From a virus, in the IMG/VR virus record IMGVR_UViG_3300045015_000042: a stretch of DNA of 55,001 nt; one strand, written 5' to 3'. Below are positions 27,800 to 35,893 of this stretch, piece after piece; the stretch's first letter is position 1, and each line of letters starts with the position of its first letter. Position numbers and translations under genes: made by a program. A model generated the notes under the pieces. The model had not been told where the DNA came from, made no database searches, and saw only the letters and a program-made list of their open reading frames with translations.

Positions 27800-27978
27800 A
27801 ACGGTGTCGTCACACCGGCAAACACTGTCACTCGGAAGGGGCTGCGGAAGCACAACTCCGCAGCCTCCTTCGACTCGATCCTTCTTACAAGGGCCACGTC
27901 TATTTCTGCGGCTGGTGCGGTACTTACCATGTCGGCCGTAACAGCCCCAACAACAAGAACAAGTATCGCCGAGGCTAA
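27796..27978 (+). CDS. Small zinc-binding protein, paralog 2 (60 aa, GTG start in a GTGA overlap).
   Basis: Paralogous to 26965. GGAGAGAGG Shine-Dalgarno. Confidence 0.45.
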   Translation: MKRCRHTGKHCHSEGAAEAQLRSLLRLDPSYKGHVYFCGWCGTYHVGRNSPNNKNKYRRG

Positions 27979-27979
27979 C

Positions 27980-28444
27980 ATGGAAATCTTCGAGGTCCAC
28001 ATCGCCGGGGACGAACGCATTCACAACTTGGGCCTTAAAACCATTACCGTCGAGTTGCTCAAGCCGGACTTCACGCTGCTCCGCATCGAACACATGACTT
28101 CGCAAGTCATTAAGTGTAGCGGCTACCAAGAGTGTCTCGCCAAGACACTCGAACTGGCCGCGACTCTGCCCGGCGTCGTTCGCACAAAAATCGAATGCCC
28201 GACCTACGAACACTACGTCGAGCAAAGCCTCTACATGGAGAGCCACTTCGAGACGAAGACCAACACTTACCCCATCAGCCGCAATCAGAAGAAGACGGAA
28301 CTGATGGGAACCGAACGGGTCTACGACCACGCCCTTTACCTGCCCTTCCGCCAGAAGTGGCTCGGACAAGTGGTCGAACTGTGTCTGTACGATACCAACA
28401 CGGACGAAGACAAAGACTGGTTCTCACTCTGGAAACAACAATGA
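27980..28444 (+). CDS. Hypothetical protein (154 aa, start MEIFEVH).
   Basis: In-frame ATG 2 nt after the previous stop. Confidence 0.55.
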   Translation: MEIFEVHIAGDERIHNLGLKTITVELLKPDFTLLRIEHMTSQVIKCSGYQECLAKTLELAATLPGVVRTKIECPTYEHYVEQSLYMESHFETKTNTYPISRNQKKTELMGTERVYDHALYLPFRQKWLGQVVELCLYDTNTDEDKDWFSLWKQQ

Positions 28445-28617
28445 AACTCAATCTGACGCCCGAACAAATCGAAGAACTCAAAGACCGCATCCTCAACTTC
28501 GGCAATTTTCACTGGTGCGAGTGTTCCGAGTGCAAGTACGACTGTAGCTCGCACGCGGTTGACATCGACAAAAGCCTCCAAAAACTCGCCGAAGAAGTGC
28601 TGAAGGACGAGGAATAG
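28441..28617 (+). CDS. Small Cys/His protein (58 aa; FHWCECSECKYDCSSH).
   Basis: ATGA overlap. Confidence 0.45.
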   Translation: MKLNLTPEQIEELKDRILNFGNFHWCECSECKYDCSSHAVDIDKSLQKLAEEVLKDEE

Positions 28618-28627
28618 GTCTATATTG
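28618..28627 (+). promoter_or_regulatory. GTCTATATTG motif variant. Overlaps the 5' arm of the ATTGGGG...CCCCAAT hairpin that contains ATG 28647.
   Basis: Immediately after the stop at 28617. Confidence 0.35.
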
Positions 28628-28646
28628 GGGGCATGTGGTTTCCCCA

Positions 28647-28964
28647 ATGAGGCGAATCATGTGGACCGATGAACTGGTCGCGCGGCTGAAGAAGTACGTC
28701 GAGGCCAACAGGTTCTTCGTCGTCAAGTACCGTGGCAGCCGCGTCTACAACGTGGACGAGCGAAACAAGGAGTACAACGACACCGGCTGGCCCGCCTACT
28801 ATCTCAGGCCGTGCTACGACGACCCCTGTGACTTGGAGAAGACTCAGCCGTCCGACTTCCAAGTCTTCCTGCTCAAGCCGGTGGAATGGACGTTGGACGA
28901 GCCGGATTGGAGCGAGGCCGACGCCGAATCTTGGAACGAATACGTCAAAGCAACACAAAAGTAA
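28647..28964 (+). CDS. Hypothetical protein, ~105 aa.
   Basis: In-frame ATG. The track start is a GTG at 28635. Confidence 0.5.
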   Translation: MRRIMWTDELVARLKKYVEANRFFVVKYRGSRVYNVDERNKEYNDTGWPAYYLRPCYDDPCDLEKTQPSDFQVFLLKPVEWTLDEPDWSEADAESWNEYVKATQK

Positions 28965-28973
28965 TCTTCACAT

Positions 28974-29013
28974 CCCCCGTAAGTTGGCTTACAATGGAGC
29001 CAACTTACGGGGG
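28974..29013 (+). promoter_or_regulatory. 15-bp perfect GC-rich hairpin (CCCCCGTAAGTTGGC / GCCAACTTACGGGGG, loop TTACAATGGA) ending 7 nt before ATG 29020. The 3' arm contains the GGGGG Shine-Dalgarno, so it is a candidate translational control element.
   Basis: Read directly. No U-run, so not a classical terminator. Confidence 0.5.
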
Positions 29014-29019
29014 ATCGTC

Positions 29020-29520
29020 ATGTCCAAAGCAGGCAAAATGCACGGCGAGATCGTCAGCGAAGAAGAAGTCGCGAAGGGACTCGGCTTCGCAAACGTCGAT
29101 GAGTTCCGCCGCTGGCAAACCGAACTCGGCCACAAGAAAGGGGAACTCGAATTCGCACTTTCCGAAGCCAAGCGGGAGTCGCGCCGCTTCCGATGGGCCG
29201 GAATGCGTATGGAGTTCATGCTCGGCAAGGCCGAAGCCTATCTCCAGACCGAACTCAACGCCGCCAAGCACCACGTCGCCAAACTCGAAAATTCCGGGGT
29301 AATGGCTGAAGGGGCCATGAACGAGAACTCGGAGATGGCGGCAGTCAAAGACACCATCGAGATTCTCGAAAAGCTGCTCCTCGGTATCCGCGTCGTCTGC
29401 AACAGGGACGTTGACTGGAAGCACGTTCTGGAAGACTGGCTCGGTCAGTTCAACAAGTCCGATGAAGAGATCTTTAAGGCCAAACAAGCGGCCGAAGCCC
29501 AACCGGAAAGTGGTTCTTGA
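29020..29520 (+). CDS. Coiled-coil hypothetical protein, 166 aa.
   Basis: In-frame ATG (MSKAGKMHG). Confidence 0.55.
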   Translation: MSKAGKMHGEIVSEEEVAKGLGFANVDEFRRWQTELGHKKGELEFALSEAKRESRRFRWAGMRMEFMLGKAEAYLQTELNAAKHHVAKLENSGVMAEGAMNENSEMAAVKDTIEILEKLLLGIRVVCNRDVDWKHVLEDWLGQFNKSDEEIFKAKQAAEAQPESGS

Positions 29521-29528
29521 ATCCCGAA

Positions 29529-29559
29529 GGGACACCGGCGTCTATACTGCCGGTGTCCC
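29529..29559 (+). promoter_or_regulatory. 11-bp hairpin GGGACACCGGC/GCCGGTGTCCC whose 9-nt loop is exactly GTCTATACT.
   Basis: Sits between stop 29520 and ATG 29577. Confidence 0.5.
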
Positions 29560-29576
29560 TAACTCAAAGGTGCCTC

Positions 29577-29957
29577 ATGAAGACGACACAAAAGCACGTT
29601 CAAGCCGGCGCGAACCTGTTGGACGATCACTGGCCCGGTTGGGCCGGGAAGATCAAGCCGGACGAGATCAAGATGTTCTCGAACCAGAACTGCATCATGG
29701 GCCAACTCGCCCGCACCAAAAAGAAAACCTGTCGCGTCCTCGCGGCCGAGTACGGTATCGGCAACGATTCCCTCGTGCGGTTCGGGTTCGAGGGAGACGG
29801 CAGCGAACACGACGAACAAATCGCCAATTGGTGGCGAGAAGAGATCAAGAAGCGGCTCGTCGGGCCTACAATCAACGAACTGGACGGCTCGCCCAAGAAC
29901 GCGAAGGCGAGGAAGAAGCCGACCAACTCAGTCAAGAAGGTCGCCAAAAAGAGGTAG
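29577..29957 (+). CDS. Hypothetical basic protein, 127 aa.
   Basis: In-frame ATG with an AAAGGTG Shine-Dalgarno. Confidence 0.5.
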   Translation: MKTTQKHVQAGANLLDDHWPGWAGKIKPDEIKMFSNQNCIMGQLARTKKKTCRVLAAEYGIGNDSLVRFGFEGDGSEHDEQIANWWREEIKKRLVGPTINELDGSPKNAKARKKPTNSVKKVAKKR

Positions 29958-29962
29958 CTGTT

Positions 29963-30490
29963 ATGGGCCAGTGGTACTACACCGAGATCTTCTTCACCGG
30001 GCCGATCCCGAACGAAGATCAACTCGTTCGTCTGAACCAAGCGTTCCGGGCGGTCGATCACGACTTCCCGCCGATCACCGTGGCCGGCGTCGAACGCAAC
30101 TGGCGCAATCCTTCGCTGACTCTCGAACAGGCTCTCGGCCTGTTCGAGAGGGCCGGCTTCCCCTGCAAAGGCTGGCAAGTCTACGAGGGGCGAGAGGTTT
30201 ATACCGCCCCGGACTACATCGCCAGCAAGCTCGACATGTGCGCGGATCTGATGGAGTTCGACAGCCAGAACTGGCGAGAAGCTTACGAACGCGGGCTTAC
30301 CCCGGAAGAGATCGCTAAGGCCGAGAACGCCGAACGAACCATGCTGCTCCGCAACTACTTCTTCGAGCAGTCGCTGCGGATGAGGGACATCCTCAAGGTG
30401 GTCGATCCCGAAGATAAAGAGGCCGTGGAAAAAGTCGCGAAACTGTTCAACGAACTCCGCGACAAGTACGGCGAGAAGATGAAAGCGTAA
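29963..30490 (+). CDS. Hypothetical protein, 176 aa.
   Basis: ATG with a GAGG Shine-Dalgarno. Confidence 0.55.
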   Translation: MGQWYYTEIFFTGPIPNEDQLVRLNQAFRAVDHDFPPITVAGVERNWRNPSLTLEQALGLFERAGFPCKGWQVYEGREVYTAPDYIASKLDMCADLMEFDSQNWREAYERGLTPEEIAKAENAERTMLLRNYFFEQSLRMRDILKVVDPEDKEAVEKVAKLFNELRDKYGEKMKA

Positions 30491-30588
30491 TCGACCATTA
30501 CGGTCGAGTCCAAGATGGGGAGATGACACTCGTGGATAGAATCCAGCCGGCCCCCAACAAGATGTAATTGCCCACGCCGGTCGAGAGT

Positions 30589-31047
30589 TTACTTGATCAC
30601 GAACGCACGCAGTTCCGACACTTTTAGCAGCCGCGCCGCATTGACGCGGCTCACCCCGTCCATAACCCGAATGCCGCTGTCGTCGCTGTAAACGATGATT
30701 GGCGGCGTCATCTTCCTGAAATCGGGACCACGCACCGCCAGAGCTTGAGACTGTTCCAGCGTGTCTGGAGCCTCGCGGCCCAACATCTGGGCGAAAGCTC
30801 CCATCATTTCCAGAGTCTTCTTCTTGTCGCCGGCCGGTACGTTCGCCAAGCTCGCCAACGGAAACATTTCCTGATACGTCACTTCTCGGCGTGCTGCGAG
30901 AGCCTTCTGAATAGTGCCGAAATCCATCCCCGCAGTGTCTAGACTGCTCGACCGCGACAACACCTTTGCCTCGGCAATGCTCCTGACGGGGCGGTATTCA
31001 ATCGCTTCGATCCACAACTTGAAGTCTCTCATGTCGGTATTTAGCAT
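30589..31047 (-). CDS. ParB-like nuclease-domain protein (152 aa; IIVYSDDSGIRVMDGVSRVNAARL).
   Basis: ParB N-terminal box-like motif. Lone minus gene between plus genes. Confidence 0.4.
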   Translation of the reverse strand: MLNTDMRDFKLWIEAIEYRPVRSIAEAKVLSRSSSLDTAGMDFGTIQKALAARREVTYQEMFPLASLANVPAGDKKKTLEMMGAFAQMLGREAPDTLEQSQALAVRGPDFRKMTPPIIVYSDDSGIRVMDGVSRVNAARLLKVSELRAFVIK

Positions 31048-31079
31048 CCAAACGCCATGCTCCGAAGCTAAATACCCGC

Positions 31080-31775
31080 ATGTTGAGCTTCAAACACTGG
31101 CTTACCGAAATCAAGAAAACCGGCGGCGACGATCACGGAGTCGATGACGACGACTTCGAGGATGACGATTTTGATCAAGAAATGGGCATGGACGACGGCA
31201 ACCCCGATGTCGTATTCGGCCGGCGCGACGAGAACGCCAAAATCGAGCCGAGTGAGATCCTCAAGGCTCTGGGTTTGCCCGGCGACAAGCTCGAATACCA
31301 CGACAAAGGCACTTTCGCCCTCGTCTACAAGCACCCGACCGACAAGAACCTGCTCATCAAACTGACGGCCGACGCCAAAGACGCGGCCAATCTCGAAAAG
31401 GCCCAGAGCTTGAAAAGCCGCTGCATCGTCAGGGTTCACAAGGTTGCTAAGGTCCGTGAACACGCTTTCGCGTTGATCGTGGATTTCATCAAAGGCCCGC
31501 CGATGGTTTACGGCAGTGATGGTTTGTTGTCGTTGATCAGCGGTGATAGGTGGCAAGATGCGAAAGAAGCCGTCAGGGGCATTCTGAAACCCGACCGCAC
31601 CAGAGTGGAAACTCTCAATCACTTCAAGAAGAACACTCCCCAGGAACTGACCAAGTTGAGCGAGCTTTTTGCTACGCTCGCCAAACTTGAAGGACTGGGG
31701 ATCGAAATTGACGACTTTGGCGACAACATTCACGACGCGGGCGACCACTACGTCATGATCGACTTAGGGCTTTGA
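31080..31775 (+). CDS. Protein-kinase-like fold protein (231 aa). Gly-loop/Lys-like GTFALVYKH...LLIKL and DFG-like IDDFGDNIH...VMIDLG, RIO/Kdo-kinase-like, after an acidic N-terminus.
   Basis: Motif resemblance only. Confidence 0.35.
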   Translation: MLSFKHWLTEIKKTGGDDHGVDDDDFEDDDFDQEMGMDDGNPDVVFGRRDENAKIEPSEILKALGLPGDKLEYHDKGTFALVYKHPTDKNLLIKLTADAKDAANLEKAQSLKSRCIVRVHKVAKVREHAFALIVDFIKGPPMVYGSDGLLSLISGDRWQDAKEAVRGILKPDRTRVETLNHFKKNTPQELTKLSELFATLAKLEGLGIEIDDFGDNIHDAGDHYVMIDLGL

Positions 31776-32214
31776 ACTCGGCCACGTCGAACTCCGAACG
31801 GGATTCGTGTTCCTCGTAGACGAATCCCAAGCCCCTCTCGCCTACCGCATTCTGGATCTGCCGCTTGAGCTTCAACAGCCCGGTCCACGAATGCTGTGTG
31901 ATTTCGCCGTAGTAGATTCTCTTGCCACAGATCCGCGCCCGACGCTGGCAGTACGGCAGGTTCAGGATCTCTTCCAGAGGGATTTTGAGCTTCCGTGCGA
32001 CACGTCGCGCCACCGTATTGTGCCAGAAGGTGACGTGCATCAGGTCTTTCTTGCCGGCCGGGAACACGATTTCCGGTTCGGCGTCACCGAGTTCGAGGAT
32101 GTAAATCGGGTAGCTGGACGGCTTCGTCTCGCGGTCCAGCTTCTCATCGATCCGGTCGATGTCGTCGCTCAGTTCCTTCTTGAGACGACCCCGGATGTCG
32201 GTGTTGCGTGCCAT
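31753..32214 (-). CDS. Hypothetical protein (~153 aa, start MARNTDI).
   Basis: Internal ATG in a TAATG overlap with the stop of 32214..33515. The upstream part of the track ORF is Arg/Gly-rich junk. Confidence 0.5.
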   Translation of the reverse strand: MARNTDIRGRLKKELSDDIDRIDEKLDRETKPSSYPIYILELGDAEPEIVFPAGKKDLMHVTFWHNTVARRVARKLKIPLEEILNLPYCQRRARICGKRIYYGEITQHSWTGLLKLKRQIQNAVGERGLGFVYEEHESRSEFDVAEFKALSRS

Positions 32215-33515
32215 TAGTATTCCCTCTTGTCTTCTTTCTCGGCGATTGCCACCAGTTTCTTCAGGATCTTCTTCTGGATGTCCCAGTTGTCGTCCTGACT
32301 GCCGAGCGACGGCAACGACCGCGACTGGTGACGGTGAGCCATGACGTGTTCCACAATCGCCAGTTCCGCACACGGTTGCAGAACTTGATCGAGCGGGAAC
32401 TCTTTGTCTTCCGCCGCACTCATGATGTGCGAATGAGGCATCGTCTGGTACGGAATCGAGTTCAGTACCTCGCGGAACGACAGGTCGGAAAGGTACGGGA
32501 GATCGTCCAGAATGTCTTCCGGCAGATCCTTCTTCCCGCCCAGACTGTCCTGCATCCGGCGTTCCTTCGTGGTGATCTTCTTCAACTTCTCGTAGAACGC
32601 GCCGACCGTCAGCGGCTCCTTGTCCCGCCACGACTTGATCTTCATCGACGTGTACGCCTTCCACACGTCGTCACGCACCACCACCATCGCGACCGGCAGT
32701 TTCCTGTAGTTGCCGTGCTTTTCGGGGTACTCTTTCACCGCTCGCTTCGCCTCGGCCGCGTCGAAAAGCAGGGACGGGTCTTTCAACGCCCCCTTCGGCG
32801 AGACGATCAGTGCCGGCTCGTACTTGCGGTCGGGGATGTGGTACGCGAGCTTGCAGTCGTAGGTCTGTGACAGCACCTTCTCGGCCGCTCGCAGTTTCTT
32901 CAGTTCGAGCGTGTGGTTGTAACTCACGAACGTCAGGCACACCACGCCCGGCTTGACCGGCTGTGCGTTGAACCCGTCCCGCTGTTCGTCCAACTTCTCC
33001 ATCTTGTCTTCGTCTTCGCTGTCCTCATTCGGCACCGTCGAACGGTCGATCTCCATGTGAATGAGCAGACCGGCTTTCTTCAGCAGGTGATGCACTTTCT
33101 CCCACGTCGGCCAGTGGGCGGGGCCGTCAGAACGCGGCCGTGTGCAGTGGTCTTGTACCTCTAGGCGACCCTCCCACGCCGCCTCGACGTAGTGATCGAA
33201 GGGCTTCCCCAACATCACCGGGACGGCGTGGCACTGGTTGAACCCGTAGGGCTTGACGACCACGTCGTCTTGGAACTTCTTCACCACCAGATCGAGCAGC
33301 GGCGACGGCTTGATCTCGGCCCGGCCGTAGTCGTCGTACTTGCCCGACATCGGCGGCGTCCGCACGAACCATTGGTCGTAGAGGTAGCAGCCCCGTTGAA
33401 AAATCCGTTGATCGGATTGGACGTAAGGGTTTTGCGTCAGGAAGAGGAACTTGACTTTGTCCCCGTAGCCGATGGCGAGGTTGCTCAAGGCACAGTTTTC
33501 GTTGAAACTTCCCAT
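32214..33515 (-). CDS. Hypothetical protein, 433 aa.
   Basis: Track ORF. GGAGAG Shine-Dalgarno. Confidence 0.6.
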   Translation of the reverse strand: MGSFNENCALSNLAIGYGDKVKFLFLTQNPYVQSDQRIFQRGCYLYDQWFVRTPPMSGKYDDYGRAEIKPSPLLDLVVKKFQDDVVVKPYGFNQCHAVPVMLGKPFDHYVEAAWEGRLEVQDHCTRPRSDGPAHWPTWEKVHHLLKKAGLLIHMEIDRSTVPNEDSEDEDKMEKLDEQRDGFNAQPVKPGVVCLTFVSYNHTLELKKLRAAEKVLSQTYDCKLAYHIPDRKYEPALIVSPKGALKDPSLLFDAAEAKRAVKEYPEKHGNYRKLPVAMVVVRDDVWKAYTSMKIKSWRDKEPLTVGAFYEKLKKITTKERRMQDSLGGKKDLPEDILDDLPYLSDLSFREVLNSIPYQTMPHSHIMSAAEDKEFPLDQVLQPCAELAIVEHVMAHRHQSRSLPSLGSQDDNWDIQKKILKKLVAIAEKEDKREY

Positions 33516-33549
33516 TTGACTCTCCGAACTGTGGGGTACTACGGGTGCG

Positions 33550-33621
33550 AATTATCAACCCGCAACTGGCATTATCGACCGCCTCACACACCTTGTAAAC
33601 CACACGCCCGGAAATTATCAA
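33550..33621. promoter_or_regulatory. Three direct repeats of ATTATCRA (TYGATAAT on the minus strand) spaced 21 and 42 nt apart in the divergent promoter region.
   Basis: AATTATCAA at 33550, ATTATCGA at 33571, AATTATCAA at 33613. Confidence 0.4.
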
Positions 33622-33622
33622 G

Positions 33623-33651
33623 TTGACAAAGGTGACGATCATGCCTAAAGT
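33623..33651 (+). promoter_or_regulatory. Promoter TTGACA-N17-TAAAGT for gene 33737.
   Basis: Exact -35 with a 17-nt spacer. Confidence 0.45.
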
Positions 33652-33736
33652 AACCCCGCTGGACCGCCGGACGCGGAGTGGACTTCCCACTACCAGCAAG
33701 GAACTCGACCGGAAGGTCGATCATCAGGAGTTTCCC

Positions 33737-34018
33737 ATGAAGAAGTGCATCACCGCACTCGCCGTCGCCGCAGCCGTCTTCCTGCTCGCACAGGACGCAC
33801 AAGCCTTCGGCAAACGGAAGTGCAACACCTGCCAGACCGTCTCAACCTGTCAACCCGCTCCCACCTCGTGCCAAACCGTCGTGACCGTACACGCGAACCC
33901 GCCGACCGTCGTTTACGCCGCGCCGACAACGGTCCACTTCCAGCCGACAACCGTCTGGCAAACCGTCAACTGGCCGTCAACCTGCCCCAACGGTCGCTGT
34001 CCGACCGTCAACCGCTAA
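33737..34018 (+). CDS. Small secreted Cys-rich protein (93 aa; signal MKKCITALAVAAAVFLLAQDAQA, 7 Cys).
   Basis: ATG with an AGGAG Shine-Dalgarno. Confidence 0.55.
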   Translation: MKKCITALAVAAAVFLLAQDAQAFGKRKCNTCQTVSTCQPAPTSCQTVVTVHANPPTVVYAAPTTVHFQPTTVWQTVNWPSTCPNGRCPTVNR

Positions 34019-34023
34019 CAACG

Positions 34024-34057
34024 AACAAGCCCGGCTTCTGGCCGGGCTTGTTTGATT
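34024..34057. terminator. Bidirectional terminator hairpin (AACAAGCCCGGC/GCCGGGCTTGTT) between convergent genes.
   Basis: 12-bp stem with a U-rich flank. Confidence 0.65.
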
Positions 34058-34704
34058 TAGAACCAGTATTGCAACGTTGACAGCTTTCTGGTGGCAATCA
34101 CGTTGCGGGGCTTCGTCTTCGTCTCCCGCACCTTGCACCTCTCTGGATCGACCTCCTTCATTCTGGTCGCCAGCGGCGTCGGGTAGTCCAGCTTCTCGCT
34201 CATCCGCCACTTCACCCACGACACGCCGTCGCCGGCATACCCCTCCCACGTCTTCACCCACGCCGGCCGCAGATCCGTCTGGAGGAACCCACTCAGGGCG
34301 TGAATGACGTGGTACTCCATCCACAGGAACCACGTCGGACCCTTCTGGAAAGACATGTTGTCCCGGCAGAACACTTCCTGCGCGTCCGACGCCACCCGCA
34401 TCAGATCCTTCATCATGTTCTCGCCCACGCCCAGACTCATGCCGAGCGGCTTGAACCGATCCAACATCGCTTCGATCTCAAGCCGGAAACACTTGCCGTA
34501 CTCCTTCTTCTGGAGCCAGACGTTGCCCAGAAGGTACTTCTTCTGCTGATCCGCTTTCGACAGCGGTTTGGCCTTGTACGGCTCCAAGTCCTTCTCCGAA
34601 ACCGTCACGTTGTAACACCCCGCCATCTGACTCAGATCGTACTCCGTGATGTGGATCGTCGGACTGATGCAGTTGCTCGGCGGGAACCCCTTGAGAATTG
34701 CCAT
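34057..34704 (-). CDS. Hypothetical protein, 215 aa.
   Basis: Track ORF. Confidence 0.6.
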   Translation of the reverse strand: MAILKGFPPSNCISPTIHITEYDLSQMAGCYNVTVSEKDLEPYKAKPLSKADQQKKYLLGNVWLQKKEYGKCFRLEIEAMLDRFKPLGMSLGVGENMMKDLMRVASDAQEVFCRDNMSFQKGPTWFLWMEYHVIHALSGFLQTDLRPAWVKTWEGYAGDGVSWVKWRMSEKLDYPTPLATRMKEVDPERCKVRETKTKPRNVIATRKLSTLQYWF

Positions 34705-34755
34705 TTGAACCCTTTCTTCTCCCGTATGGAGTGAAGCCTGTGAGAATTGCCATTC
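34690..34755. repeat. 13-bp direct repeat TGAGAATTGCCATT x2 (46 bp apart). One copy spans the start codon of 34057..34704. Then a TTATAAT -10 box inside a small hairpin.
   Basis: Read directly. Confidence 0.45.
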
Positions 34756-34811
34756 TTGTTTCTTAACAGAGTCCCGCCCGGTTATAATTCAACTCACAAC
34801 CGGGAGAAACA

Positions 34812-35120
34812 ATGAGCAATCAGTGGTTGGACAAGAAACTAGAAGAGAAGATCGCCACGCTGGAACTGGCACTGGAAAACGTCCGGGCGGCGTTCCTTCA
34901 AAGGACGGACGAGTACAACAAACTCAACTTAAAGCTGGCGAACGTCGAAGCCGACCTGTTCGCCGAGTACGACAAAAAGGTGGCCGACCTGAAGGTGTAC
35001 ATTGTCGGCGAAGTTGACAAGTACCTTGATCACCTGCTCAAGAAAGAGAACAAGATCCCGTCACAGATCCGTGCGACCATGACCGCAGAGGAAATCGTCG
35101 CCAAGTGCCTCGGTCACTGA
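34812..35120 (+). CDS. Coiled-coil protein, 102 aa.
   Basis: Track ORF. GGAGAAACA Shine-Dalgarno. Confidence 0.55.
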   Translation: MSNQWLDKKLEEKIATLELALENVRAAFLQRTDEYNKLNLKLANVEADLFAEYDKKVADLKVYIVGEVDKYLDHLLKKENKIPSQIRATMTAEEIVAKCLGH

Positions 35121-35893
35121 GTCGTCTTCGGAACGTATGCCGGCTGTTGTGTCTGCGGTACGTCTTCGCCCGTATACCCCGGTTGCTGGTGAACGCCTCT
35201 GTTGAGGGGAACGCTGGTCCGGGGTTTTTGACCGGACATCTTCAATTTGACGGCCTCGTACACCCTTCTCAAGAATTTGTTCCTCAACTTCGGGTCGAGC
35301 TTCATGAACCTGTCGAACCTCGGAGCCAGATCCGGGGGCAAACCCTCGCTCCTGCCCCGCGCCGCGTTCTGAAGGAACGCCTTCGCTTCCTCGGCCGTCT
35401 TCATCTTCCGCACGATCCAGTTGGTGATCATTCCGCTGAAGGCGTCGAACTCGTGCCGCAGACTGTAATAGTTCTTGTAGTCGGCATCGTTGTCGAGCTT
35501 CATGTCCGCACTACTGCCCGTCAGTTCGCCGGCCCTCGGATCGGTCGAGTGGATCAATTCGTGAACCAGAATGCTGTAGATCGCGTCGGCCGAACGCCCC
35601 TTCAACTTGAAAGCGTTCGCCACCACCTTGTTGCTACGCTCGTCGTCCCACGCCGCACCGATCCTCTGGTCGTCGTAAACTACCTCGAACGTGCGGAGAA
35701 ATCGCTGCGTCTTGCCCGTCTCGGAGTTCATCCGCTTCGACATCAACTGGCCGAGGGACACCGGCTCTCTGGTCTGGTAAACCTGCGGCACCGCGTCGGC
35801 GATCTTCTGCGCCATGTCTTGCAGCTTCGCGTCCAAGTCGTCGGTCAAAAATCGGCCGACGCTCTCCAACAACCAGCGTGTGAACTGTTTCAT
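35114..35893 (-). CDS. HExxH protein (259 aa; ILVHELIHSTD), a putative zinc metallopeptidase.
   Basis: HELIH motif. Confidence 0.45.
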   Translation of the reverse strand: MKQFTRWLLESVGRFLTDDLDAKLQDMAQKIADAVPQVYQTREPVSLGQLMSKRMNSETGKTQRFLRTFEVVYDDQRIGAAWDDERSNKVVANAFKLKGRSADAIYSILVHELIHSTDPRAGELTGSSADMKLDNDADYKNYYSLRHEFDAFSGMITNWIVRKMKTAEEAKAFLQNAARGRSEGLPPDLAPRFDRFMKLDPKLRNKFLRRVYEAVKLKMSGQKPRTSVPLNRGVHQQPGYTGEDVPQTQQPAYVPKTTQ

